Shown: one piece after another, positions 51,487 through 60,450 of the stretch
Numbering within the stretch: position 1 is the first letter of the stretch
Layout: every line of letters begins with the position of its first letter
Source: an uncultured delta proteobacterium
GTDB taxonomy: Bacteria > Desulfobacterota > RBG-13-43-22
Assembly: GCA_963843145.1 (NCBI GenBank)
Contig: CAWJJC010000017.1
Coordinates: forward strand, 171,594-235,593
Length of the DNA stretch: 64,000 nt
Direction: 5' to 3'
The notes under the pieces: model-generated
The model's input: only the letters and a program-made list of their open reading frames with translations
Databases searched by the model: none
Told to the model about the DNA's origin: nothing
Position numbers and translations under genes: made by a program

Positions 51487-52110
51487 CTATTCCCAACCAA
51501 CAACATCACCGTATTGTGCTGTCTTGATCAATGCACGAACAAAACATCCCACCATGAAAGCAAGACATTCAAATTCCAAGAATTGAAGAGCTGTTTTATC
51601 CAGCATGATTTGTATATCGACCGGAAATTCATCATCAGCTTCATAAAAAATAATCTTCAATGGGATTTTTGGAAGAACCCCAAATCTCCACAGATGTTTG
51701 CCCCCTTTAGACTCCTCTTCTATTCCACCAAGTTTTACCGCCGCTTCGCTAAATTTAACGTAGTCGTTACCAAAATATCGTTCCAAAGGAGTATTCATCA
51801 ACCGGCTTTGTGCATTTAGACCGCTGATCATTCTTACCATACTCTCAAATAAAACGTAGGAGTTCTCAGGGTCTCCCTGACCTTTGGACAGAAGATAATA
51901 GAGAAGAACACTGCGGTTATTTACATTGGCCGGTTGGCCGTCCAGAGTCTCAACCCCACCTAAGGTAATACGATATTCCCTCTTCAAAAGACATACTTGA
52001 ATCCCACCATCCACATATTCAAGACCAAGGCGGTCAGCCGCTTCCTGAAAATCACATCCAGAAAGTTTGGCGATTAATTCGAGGAAGATTGACTCATGGC
52101 CTTCTCCCAC
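51487..52110 (-). CDS. DUF3786 family protein
   Basis: VLLYYL, LPKIPL..IFYEADDEFP. Confidence 0.82.
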   Translation of the reverse strand: MGEGHESIFLELIAKLSGCDFQEAADRLGLEYVDGGIQVCLLKREYRITLGGVETLDGQPANVNNRSVLLYYLLSKGQGDPENSYVLFESMVRMISGLNAQSRLMNTPLERYFGNDYVKFSEAAVKLGGIEEESKGGKHLWRFGVLPKIPLKIIFYEADDEFPVDIQIMLDKTALQFLEFECLAFMVGCFVRALIKTAQYGDVVGWE

Positions 52111-52155
52111 AAAACCCTCCTTGATTCAAATTCCTCTTCAGTAACCGTAAACTTA

Positions 52156-52321
52156 TTAACGGTCTCATAATAGAACCGACTATCTCGATGTTCTCTTATC
52201 GTCATTCCCGCAGCGCTTCTGGGCGGGAATCCAGCCCCGGTCTGGTACGATTTTGGATCCCCGACAAAGGCACTCGGGGATGACGGTCGGTGTTATGTAG
52301 AGACAATTATGAGAACCTTAA
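52156..52321. mobile_element. Short MITE (same frame as 43846-44158) carrying a GTC-REP dimer
   Basis: TTAACGGTCTCATAA ... TTATGAGAACCTTAA. Confidence 0.72.
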
Positions 52322-52366
52322 TAATGGTGCCTTGGACCTACACTGCGGCCATCCTTTTCCGGCGGC

Positions 52367-53353
52367 TTACTTCGGCGGCGTCCGCATCATACCGGGCACA
52401 ACCCGAACTATTTTATGCGGATTTCTTTTGACCCGGGCTTCCGCTTTGGAGCCGGCCAGGACATATACCGGTTCCTGCCGGTCCCGAAGGGGTTTTAGTA
52501 TTCTTTCGACATGATCCTTCTTATTTTCCCAATAACCGGGCCTGACCTCTTCGCCGGCCGGGCAGACGGCCATGCAATAGCTGCAGCGATAGCTCATGCG
52601 AAACATCAGGGATTGCCACATGAAGGCGGTTTCTCGGTTATTAAAATGGGTACCGTATTCGGCCATGTTTTGGGAGGTAACCATGGCCTCCACCCAATCC
52701 TGGAATCCGGTCATGTTGTCCCGATAGGTATGGGTAATGCAGGACACAAAATCGAAGGGTTGTCCTTTGGTGATGGCGCCGGTGGGGCAAACCACGGCAC
52801 AGAGATTACAGTGGATGCAGGGGCTCTCCGTTAGAGGCTGGTCGTATTGATCCACCACCCCATTGATCAGAATACTATCCAACTGGATGGCACTGCCGAA
52901 TTTCGGATGAAGGACCAGCCGGTTCAGGCCCATATGACCGAGACCGGCCTCCACGGCCATGATCTTGTGGCTCACATCCCAGATCTTTCCCGGATACTGA
53001 TCCAGATTCATGGGCCAACTCTTGTTGACCACCACCCCCCGGATGCCGATCCGGTTTAAGCGGCGCAAAATCTCTCTCGCCAACCCGGAGGTTTTATCTC
53101 CCGTGTGATGGTATTCTTCATTGGCCACATAGCGGGCCGGGCTTTGAAGGTTTTCCCGATTGTTGGTCACAATGATGGAAATGACACTGCGCGCCAGGGA
53201 ATATACCTGTGAGATGCCCTCCCGCTCTTTCTCCAGGGACCCCCGATCGATATCCACCAGACCTGCATCGTCGGCCCCGGCCTCAAGACAGATCTTCTTG
53301 ATCTCCTCCGCGGAATAAAGCATTTTCTCCTGTCCCTTCGGTGATGTTTTCAT
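52367..53353 (-). CDS. QueG/reductive-dehalogenase-like 4Fe-4S protein
   Basis: SHK..AVEAGLG.MG, HPKFG, CIHCNLCAVVCP, CSYCMAVCP. Confidence 0.8.
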   Translation of the reverse strand: MKTSPKGQEKMLYSAEEIKKICLEAGADDAGLVDIDRGSLEKEREGISQVYSLARSVISIIVTNNRENLQSPARYVANEEYHHTGDKTSGLAREILRRLNRIGIRGVVVNKSWPMNLDQYPGKIWDVSHKIMAVEAGLGHMGLNRLVLHPKFGSAIQLDSILINGVVDQYDQPLTESPCIHCNLCAVVCPTGAITKGQPFDFVSCITHTYRDNMTGFQDWVEAMVTSQNMAEYGTHFNNRETAFMWQSLMFRMSYRCSYCMAVCPAGEEVRPGYWENKKDHVERILKPLRDRQEPVYVLAGSKAEARVKRNPHKIVRVVPGMMRTPPK

Positions 53354-53362
53354 TCCCGCTCC

Positions 53363-54484
53363 TTAGACTTTTTCCACCCCTTTTTCTTTTTCCTTCTTCT
53401 CCACCACGCAATAAAGCCCTTCACCACCCATGATGGTGCGGAAACATTGGTTGTCGGACAGGCAAGAAGCCGGACGCCGGTCTCCGGCCCGCCAGCGTTG
53501 AATCAATTCCGGTTCTCGAATAAACGGTCGGCTCATGGAGATATAGTCCGCCACTCCCTGATCGATGATCCTTTCCGCGACCGAAAAGGACCGAACCCCG
53601 CCCACCAGCAGGAGAGGGAGGCTCACTTTCTTTTTGAAGGCCCGGGCTTCTTCCGAGAAGTAAGCCTCTTTCTCTTCGCTGGTTATGCCCGTTCGGGAAG
53701 GGCTTAAATTTTTCGAGATTAAAACGCCGCCGCTCAGCTCGATGGCGTCCAGGCCGTCTTCCTGGAGCCGGGCCCCGATTTGCAGGGAATCCTCCAGGGT
53801 CAGTCCTCCCTCCAGGAAATCTTGGGAGTTGAGCTTGATCAAGATCGGGAAGTCAGGGCCGACAACGGCCCGTATTTTCTTTACCACCTCTCCTAGTGCC
53901 CTGTACCTGTTTTCCACCGTCCCCCCATACTCATCGAGACGCCGGTTCAAAAGCGGAGAGATGAACTGGCTCAACAGATAGCCATGGGCGGCATGAATCT
54001 CCACGCCGTCAAACCCCGCCGTCCTGGCCCTCTGGGCCGCCAGGCCAAAGGCCTCCACCATTTCCTGGATATCCGCCAAGGTCATTTCCCGGGGTGGGGT
54101 TTTATAGAATCCTTCCGGCGCCGAGGGCGCCAGCGCCGTTCGCCCGGTCAGCTTGGGATTGGCAAACCCGCCGGAATGGGCCAGTTGCATGACGATCTTG
54201 CCTCCCGCTTCATGTACGGCACAGGTCAGCTCCCGGAGACCGGGGACCAGGGCATCCGCGTAAACCCCCAATTGCCGGGGGCCGGCCTGGCCTTCCGGTT
54301 TTATGTAGGCGTGGCTGGAAATGATCAGTCCTACCCCTCCCCGGGCCAGCCGGATCAATAGATCGACCAGGGCCGGGGTTACCGAACCGTCATCGCCGGC
54401 CATTCCCTCAAAAGTGGCCGACCGGACGAACCGGTTGGCTAGTTTCATTCCCTTGATTTCTGTGGTTTCAAATAATTTGGACAT
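53363..54484 (-). CDS. NADH:flavin oxidoreductase (Old Yellow Enzyme family)
   Basis: NRFVRSAT, EIHAAHGYLLSQF, N.R.DEYGG. Confidence 0.93.
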   Translation of the reverse strand: MSKLFETTEIKGMKLANRFVRSATFEGMAGDDGSVTPALVDLLIRLARGGVGLIISSHAYIKPEGQAGPRQLGVYADALVPGLRELTCAVHEAGGKIVMQLAHSGGFANPKLTGRTALAPSAPEGFYKTPPREMTLADIQEMVEAFGLAAQRARTAGFDGVEIHAAHGYLLSQFISPLLNRRLDEYGGTVENRYRALGEVVKKIRAVVGPDFPILIKLNSQDFLEGGLTLEDSLQIGARLQEDGLDAIELSGGVLISKNLSPSRTGITSEEKEAYFSEEARAFKKKVSLPLLLVGGVRSFSVAERIIDQGVADYISMSRPFIREPELIQRWRAGDRRPASCLSDNQCFRTIMGGEGLYCVVEKKEKEKGVEKV

Positions 54485-54505
54485 CGTTTCTCTCCTTTTC
54501 TATTT

Positions 54506-56740
54506 TCATTGTGCTTCCACCCGGCAGGGCACATAGCGGTGCAGGGGCGTCCCCAGAAAATCCCGGTGGGTGTTTTTCGTCAGGCGATTCACATTGACCC
54601 CATGGGCTTTACCGTCATAGACCAGTCCGAACCCATGGGGAATGGCCACATGTCCCTGGCGGGCCGTTTCGGTAACTTCCAATTCGATCTCGACAGACCC
54701 GGCTTCGGTAGTCACCCGCACCTGCTGACCGTCCATCAGCTTCAGGGTTTCGGCGTCGGCCGGGTGCATGGCCAGGGTGCAGGCCCTTTTGCCGGCGTTC
54801 CAGGCCGGGTCGCGCATGAGGGTGTTGGCGTTCATGGAGGTGTGGCGTCCGGCCATGAGAATCAACGGGTATTGGGGATCGGGTCTCAGGGCCGCTTCTT
54901 CCTGTTCGGCATCGATCCCCAGGACCGTATCCCTAAGCTCCGGGATATGAAGATTGATCCGGCCGTCCCCGGTTTGAAGGTGCTCAAAGTTTTTGTCCGG
55001 GTCCACCCGGCCGATCCAGATGCCTTCCGGATGATCGAGGATCTTTTGAAAAATCTCTTCCCCAAGTCCCGGTCCCGGGGTAAAGCCCACCCGGGCGGCG
55101 TTTTCCTGAAAGGACTGGGGTGTCGTCTGCAGGATTCCCCAGAGCGTCGCCAAATGAGCGGACCCCAGGGCTTTCCCCAGGGTTTTGCCGAGAATAAAGG
55201 GCAGGACCTTCAGGGCCGTTGGTTCTTTCTGCACATAGGCCATCAGGGCCGCACCAAAGGCGGCCCGGTTACCTTCCGCCGCCTGATAGAGACTTTCGGG
55301 GATGGAAGGGATCAGGCCCAAGCGGTCGGCCAGACGAAGCTGGATCTCTCCGGCTTCCAACGGCTCTCCCTCGGGTTCGATGATGGGCCGCCGCATCTGG
55401 AAGAAGATGCCGGGATAGGTCAGGGCAAAAAAGATCCCGTCCCAGGATTCATAACCGGACCGGGCCGGAAGCACATAGTGGGACAATACGGCCGTTTCCG
55501 TCATGGCCAGCTCCGAAGTCACCAGCAGATCCAGACGCTTGAAGGCCTGTTCATAGGCCGTGGTATCGGCATAGGAGCGCAAGGGATTGGAGGCGGAAAC
55601 CAGGACCGCCCGCAGACGCTCCGGATGATCGGAGAGGATCTCCTCGGGCATGACGTTGGGTGGAAAGGTGGCCGAGACCGGAAATATATTGGTGGCCATG
55701 GTCCGCCAGGTCTTGGGATTCCGCTCATCGGAATGGGCGCCGGTAGGCATCAAATGCCCGGGGAAAATGTTGCCCCCGGGCCTGCAGATCCGTCCGCAAA
55801 TGGTCTCGAGGGTCGCGGCCAGGTAGGAGGAAGCGGCGCTGTGGCGGTTCATAAACAGGCCCAGGTCGTAACGCAGACAGGATTTGCGGGTGGCGAAGAG
55901 GCGGCTGATTTCCCGGACCTGATCGAAATCGAGGCCGCAGGTCTGGACGGCCGCCGGGGCATCAAATTCCATAAACAACGATTTTGCATTTTCAAATCCG
56001 GAAGTGTGGTCGGCGATATACTCTTTATTCTCCCAACCTTCCTGGAGGATGATGGCGATCATGGCCCGAAGGAGCAGGGCATCCGTTCCGGGACGGATGG
56101 ACAGATGCCTGTCGGCGATCTTGGCCGTTTCGGACAGGCGGGGATCGACGACGATGAGGAGTTTGTTCGGATCCTTGGCAATTCGCTGCAGGTGCCGGGG
56201 GGCCTGGGGGATCTGATGGCTCTGCATGCCGTTCCAGCCTAAGATCAGAAAGAGATCCGTTTCGGCCACATCGGGGGCGCCGTGTAAGTATTGTCGGCCG
56301 AACATACGACCGTGCACCCAGAACATGCCGGAAAATTCCTGGGCCAGGGCACTGTAGTGATAATGAGAACCGAGCCCCCGCAAAAGGCGCACCCCAAAGG
56401 CGGCCTCAAAATGACAGGCCTGACCGCCGCCGCCCATGTAGGCCAAGGAACGGGGGCCGTACTGATCGACGATGCCTTTGAGTTTGGCCGCTATTTCATC
56501 CAGGGCCTGATCCCAGGAAATCCGTTCGAAGCGATCCCCTACCCGTTTCAAAGGATATTTGAGACGATCGGCATGATGCTGGTGATAAGCGACATTCATC
56601 CCTTTCCGGCAGACATAGCCCCGGCTGCGAAGATTGTCCTTGTCCCCTTTGACCTTGACCAGACGGTTGTTTTCGACTTCTACCTCCAACCCGCAGTTCT
56701 GGGCGCAAAGGACACAGCTTGTTTTGTGGGTTGTTCCCAT
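54506..56740 (-). CDS. Molybdopterin-dependent oxidoreductase
   Basis: CVLCAQNCG...C, RPGTD, NTLMR, PHGFG. Confidence 0.92.
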   Translation of the reverse strand: MGTTHKTSCVLCAQNCGLEVEVENNRLVKVKGDKDNLRSRGYVCRKGMNVAYHQHHADRLKYPLKRVGDRFERISWDQALDEIAAKLKGIVDQYGPRSLAYMGGGGQACHFEAAFGVRLLRGLGSHYHYSALAQEFSGMFWVHGRMFGRQYLHGAPDVAETDLFLILGWNGMQSHQIPQAPRHLQRIAKDPNKLLIVVDPRLSETAKIADRHLSIRPGTDALLLRAMIAIILQEGWENKEYIADHTSGFENAKSLFMEFDAPAAVQTCGLDFDQVREISRLFATRKSCLRYDLGLFMNRHSAASSYLAATLETICGRICRPGGNIFPGHLMPTGAHSDERNPKTWRTMATNIFPVSATFPPNVMPEEILSDHPERLRAVLVSASNPLRSYADTTAYEQAFKRLDLLVTSELAMTETAVLSHYVLPARSGYESWDGIFFALTYPGIFFQMRRPIIEPEGEPLEAGEIQLRLADRLGLIPSIPESLYQAAEGNRAAFGAALMAYVQKEPTALKVLPFILGKTLGKALGSAHLATLWGILQTTPQSFQENAARVGFTPGPGLGEEIFQKILDHPEGIWIGRVDPDKNFEHLQTGDGRINLHIPELRDTVLGIDAEQEEAALRPDPQYPLILMAGRHTSMNANTLMRDPAWNAGKRACTLAMHPADAETLKLMDGQQVRVTTEAGSVEIELEVTETARQGHVAIPHGFGLVYDGKAHGVNVNRLTKNTHRDFLGTPLHRYVPCRVEAQ

Positions 56741-56798
56741 AATTCCTCCTGTTTTCATCTTACCTATCAATAAGATAGGCGAAATAAGACAAAAAAAA

Positions 56799-57371
56799 TC
56801 AAGAACAGGTCAGACGCATTATCTCATTCATGGCCGAATCAAAACAGGCTGGGGTCGTCGCGCGAACATTTTGAATGGCCCCTTGAAGGCCGCAGGAGAT
56901 TAAGATAGCGTGATCCTTTGGGAGGCCGGCGAATTTAAATTCACCTTTCTTCCTACCCTCTGATAGAAGATTTTCCAGCCAGCGATGCATGGTAGAAATA
57001 AACAGGCGGGTTTCTTTTTGCATCTCTGGCGGGAGGGTCTTAAAATCGGTTTCCAGCGCTCCGCCCAAACAAATCTGTTGCCCGTGATCAACAAATTTCT
57101 TAAATATCAGGCAATAGTTGGTCAATTGATCCGCGTAGCGAATTTCTTCACTCTCCATCAAACGGGCCCACTTCTCAAATCTTTTGGTGGCGCGCTGAAT
57201 AATGGCCAGGCCAAGATCGGTTTTTTGAGGGAAGTGATAATGTATCGAGGCATTTTTGATGTTTAGCGCCCGAGAAATATCCCGGTAGCTAAAACCATTA
57301 TACCCCCGATCGAGGAGAAGATTTTCCGCGGTGTCAAGAATCTGTTTTTTGGTATCTATTGGCATTCTCAT
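56799..57371 (-). CDS. TetR family regulator
   Basis: GYNGFSYRDI, ASIHYHFPQK. Confidence 0.92.
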   Translation of the reverse strand: MRMPIDTKKQILDTAENLLLDRGYNGFSYRDISRALNIKNASIHYHFPQKTDLGLAIIQRATKRFEKWARLMESEEIRYADQLTNYCLIFKKFVDHGQQICLGGALETDFKTLPPEMQKETRLFISTMHRWLENLLSEGRKKGEFKFAGLPKDHAILISCGLQGAIQNVRATTPACFDSAMNEIMRLTCS

Positions 57372-57391
57372 ATCGATTCGTTACCCGATTT

Positions 57392-57467
57392 TGGAGGCGG
57401 CAACCGGATTCGACCCAGTGAGCAACGGTGTTGCCGACCGCAGCCTTAACCACCTGGCCATTTCGCC
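57392..57467 (-). pseudogene. Degenerate tRNA-Cys(GCA)-like sequence
   Basis: GGCGAAATGGCCAGGTGGTTAAGGC...GCA...GGGTCGAATCCGGTTGCCGCCTCCA; mismatches in the acceptor stem, anticodon loop and T-arm. Confidence 0.75.
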
Positions 57468-57486
57468 AGACAAAAATATGGGGGAT

Positions 57487-57515
57487 ATGTTACCTACTAG
57501 TAGGTAGGTTGTCAA
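57487..57515 (-). promoter_or_regulatory. sigma70 promoter with TetR operator in the spacer
   Basis: TTGACA-17nt-TAACAT containing the palindrome TACCTACTAGTAGGTA. Confidence 0.78.
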
Positions 57516-57549
57516 GAAAAATATATAGGGGATCTTTAGAAATCCTATT

Positions 57550-57716
57550 CACCACAGAGACATCGAGAGCGCGGAGAACTACAATTTTGCCTTTGGCGGG
57601 AGATACGACCAAAGGCAACCAGCTCGTCGCTTCGCGAACCCTTAACTCGCCGAAGGCGGCTGAATCTTTCATAAAATCGGTATCTATCGATTTTATGAAA
57701 AATAAATTCCTCTGCG
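57550..57716. repeat. CACAGAG/CTCTGCG-type palindromic repeat truncated by the ampG fragment
   Basis: Internal hairpins TTGCCTTTGG..CCAAAGGCAA and TTTCATAAAATCG..CGATTTTATGAAA; related to the cargo of the 31620/43846 elements. Confidence 0.6.
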
Positions 57717-57954
57717 ACAAATGCTTCACCGCCACCCAGTACGCCCTGCTTTCCCGCCTCATGGCCATGAGCCGCGTCCTGGCCGGCGTCCCCACCGACT
57801 TTATGGCCAAAAGCCTCGGCTGGCCCACCTTCTCCGCCGTGAGCGTCCTGGGGACCGTTCCAGAGATTTGGCTGCTGACCCGCTTCGCTCCCTAGCGAAG
57901 GGCCAGTCAGGAGTAGGTGGGTCCTTGTTAGCCGGTACCTTTCGGTCCTTTTAT
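57709..57954 (+). pseudogene. Duplicated 3' end of ampG (copy 2)
   Basis: Near-identical to 42184-42392; LCDKCFTATQYALLSRL...FAP*. Confidence 0.9.
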
Positions 57955-59145
57955 TCAGACCCACGAGCCGCCCTCTCGACTGACGACTTTTGAGCCCATT
58001 CGGCTCTGCAGGTACAGTAAAAATCCCCGAATATTGGTGGAAAAAAATTCCCCGCTTTCTGCCGGGTGAATCGTTCGGGATATCAAGATCTTCATGGGCT
58101 TTCCGATCAAGGCCGACGCTTTTTGCAGCCTTTCCATATCGGCCTTTCCCGGTGAGGCGGTTAATTTTACCTCCACGGCAAAGGTAGTGCCGGCCAGGGT
58201 AAAGATGAGATCGATTTCATAGCCGTCATTGGTTCGCAGGTAATAAGGCCCGTCGTATTGGAGGCCCTCCGCGTTCAGGTAGATAAGTATTTGTTCGACC
58301 ACCCAGCCCTCCCAACTGTTACCCACCCAGGGCTGAACCAGGAGTTCCTCCCACCGACTTATTTTCAGCAGACTGTGATGTAGACCGCTGTCGCGGAAGT
58401 AGATTTTGGGACTTTTAACGAACCTTTTTTTGATATTGATAAAATAGGGCTGAAGCTTCCTGATCAGATAGGCCTGATCGAGATAATCCAGGTATGAATT
58501 GACCGTGTGGTAGGTTATTCCCAGGCTCTTTCCGATCTGGCTGGCATTCCAGATAGTGCCATGGGCAATAGCCAGCATTTGGAAAAACCTTTTAGTAACT
58601 TGAGGACGGGCTGCCAGACCCCAGGCCGGCAAATCCCTCATGGCCAACAGATCCAGGTAATTGGTTTGCCAAACAGGGAAATTTCCCTTTTTCCGGATTC
58701 CACCATCCGGATATCCCCCCCTGAGCCAGAGCGCCTCCTCCTGGCCCTGCCGGAGTTCGAGAATGGAAAAGGGGGACAATTCACAAATGGCCAGGCGGCC
58801 GGTGAGAAATTCGGAGACTTCCCTCATTAAACCGGGGGAAACCGACCCCAGGATTAAGAAACGGCCCATCCGGCTCCGTTCTTGATCGATGGCGCTGCGC
58901 ATCCGAGGAAACAGTTCCGGGAAATTTTGGGCTTCGTCGAGGACGATCAGTTCCTTAGACCGGATTAATTCATCCCATTGGATATCCAGCTTAAGCCGTT
59001 CCTCCTCCAATTCCAAGTCGAAATAGGTGGATGAAAAAGTCCGGGCCAGGGTGGTTTTTCCCACCTGACGGGGACCCAGCAAGGCGACGGCCGGGAAGGC
59101 CCGAAGTCTGGATGCGATCGTCTTCTCGATGATTCGTTTTATCAT
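57955..59145 (-). CDS. AAA+ ATPase with DUF4143 (PD-(D/E)xK-like) C-terminus
   Basis: GPRQVGKT, LDEAQ, KSPKIYFRDSG, EIDL...VEVK. Confidence 0.9.
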   Translation of the reverse strand: MIKRIIEKTIASRLRAFPAVALLGPRQVGKTTLARTFSSTYFDLELEEERLKLDIQWDELIRSKELIVLDEAQNFPELFPRMRSAIDQERSRMGRFLILGSVSPGLMREVSEFLTGRLAICELSPFSILELRQGQEEALWLRGGYPDGGIRKKGNFPVWQTNYLDLLAMRDLPAWGLAARPQVTKRFFQMLAIAHGTIWNASQIGKSLGITYHTVNSYLDYLDQAYLIRKLQPYFINIKKRFVKSPKIYFRDSGLHHSLLKISRWEELLVQPWVGNSWEGWVVEQILIYLNAEGLQYDGPYYLRTNDGYEIDLIFTLAGTTFAVEVKLTASPGKADMERLQKASALIGKPMKILISRTIHPAESGEFFSTNIRGFLLYLQSRMGSKVVSREGGSWV

Positions 59146-59455
59146 ATTTTACATTTTAGAAGTTATTTTCTATTTTGCAAGAAGATTATTTCAACTAATT
59201 TGTGGAAGCCGATAAACTACCGAAGCGTGTAGGCTTGCCAACGGACACCCGTAACTGAAGGAGAGAAACTCCTTTTCGCCTTCGCGCCTTACGCCTTACG
59301 ATAATCAGCCCTGCGATCCTCCTAGGGCCTGATGCCTTACGTTCCAATGCGATAAGAAGTGATCGGTTTACAGTAATTCAACGAACTCAAAAACATGCCT
59401 AAGGTCTCTTTGTTCTGTCACTTGACAAGCGTCACCTGACAGATCATGATTGGGC

Positions 59456-59682
59456 ATGATAAAGACGTTCGCGGATAGGGAAACTCAGGTCCTGTACATT
59501 ACGGGCCAGTCGAAACGGTTCCCGCCACTGAAACGAGGTGTACCATGGCCGTATTAAACACAGAGCCGATCGGGAATTCACCGGAGTTCTGGCTGAACGC
59601 TCAACGCGCAGTGGACCTTTGGGATGCCGCCCAAGCTCTCGAATCGGATTTGGAGCGGATCCAACCCCTGCATGCGGCTTAA
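59456..59682 (+). pseudogene. Internally deleted higB-higA toxin-antitoxin relic
   Basis: MIKTFADRETQVLYITGQSKRFP (HigB N-terminus); GNSPEFWLNAQRAVDLW..IQPL (HigA C-terminus). Confidence 0.8.
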
Positions 59683-59858
59683 CGGATAAGGGGCCATCAG
59701 ATCCGGCCAATGGATCAACAAGAGGAAGAGACCGGCCTGATCAAAATAGACTGCTGGCAAATATCTCGTAGCCGTCATTTTCGCCCCCTCCCTTCACTGA
59801 AAATCTCAATATTAAAGAATTGAAACCCCTATCCGCCGAAAATGAGATTTTTGGTTTC

Positions 59859-60105
59859 CCTCTGCGACAAGCGCTTCACCGCCACCCAGTACGCCCTGCT
59901 TTCCAGCCTCATGGCCATGAGCCGGGTCCTGGCCGGCGTCCCCACCGGCTTTATGGCCAAAAGCCTCAGATTGGCCCACGTTCTCCGCCGTGAGCGTCCT
60001 GGGGGCCGTGCCGGGGATCTGGCTTTTGACCCGCTTCGATCCTTCGCGAAAGGAAGGTCAGGAGTAGGCGGAGTCCGGGGTGGCCGGCATTTTCGGTCCT
60101 TTTAT
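59859..60105 (+). pseudogene. Duplicated 3' end of ampG (copy 3, frameshifted)
   Basis: Near-identical to 42184-42392; shares an extra downstream ~40 bp with copy 2. Confidence 0.9.
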
Positions 60106-60125
60106 CTTCGTTATTTTCGATAACT

Positions 60126-60432
60126 TTGTATGATATACTACATAAGGTCTGGATTGATGAAGGATTGGCAAAAAGGAATCCTTCCCGTGAAGATCGTTGG
60201 ACGGAAAGCCTGCCGGTGGGCGGAGAAGCGTTTGTTAATGAAATTCGGGAGGCATTAGAGGTTCGGACCATTGGCCGTTCAATAATCGAGGATGGTGAAC
60301 AGCAGCAGCTACGGGAGGCGCAACAGCCTTATAACGGCCATTTTGACTCCAAAAGGACCGTTTAAGACAAAATATTCCCTTGAAATGGAACGTTTTCCTT
60401 GATAGTCAAGGGAGATGGCCTTATCCGACCCC
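60126..60432 (+). pseudogene. C-terminal remnant of a REP-associated (Y1/HUH) transposase with terminal TCCGACCCC motif
   Basis: REDRWTESLPVGGEAFV...LREAQQPY resembles the C-termini of such transposases. Confidence 0.55.
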
Positions 60433-60450
60433 AATTTCCCTTAACTTAGG

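Noticed and set aside
47711-56242. Long antisense ORFs (47711..49237, 54509..56242; also 936..1982, 30573..31607)
   Set aside because: They lie opposite well-supported GC-rich genes and show no recognisable motifs
44789-56740. Selenocysteine recoding in the Mo enzymes
   Set aside because: No in-frame TGA at the ligand positions; the break in the first enzyme is a frameshift
57428-57895. 155-aa ORF as a novel fusion protein
   Set aside because: It is a chance read-through of the antisense tRNA relic, promoter, palindromic repeat and ampG fragment
43217-60432. One 17-kb transposon bounded by GGGGTC...GACCCC ends
   Set aside because: The match is only ~6 bp, so independent relics are more likely
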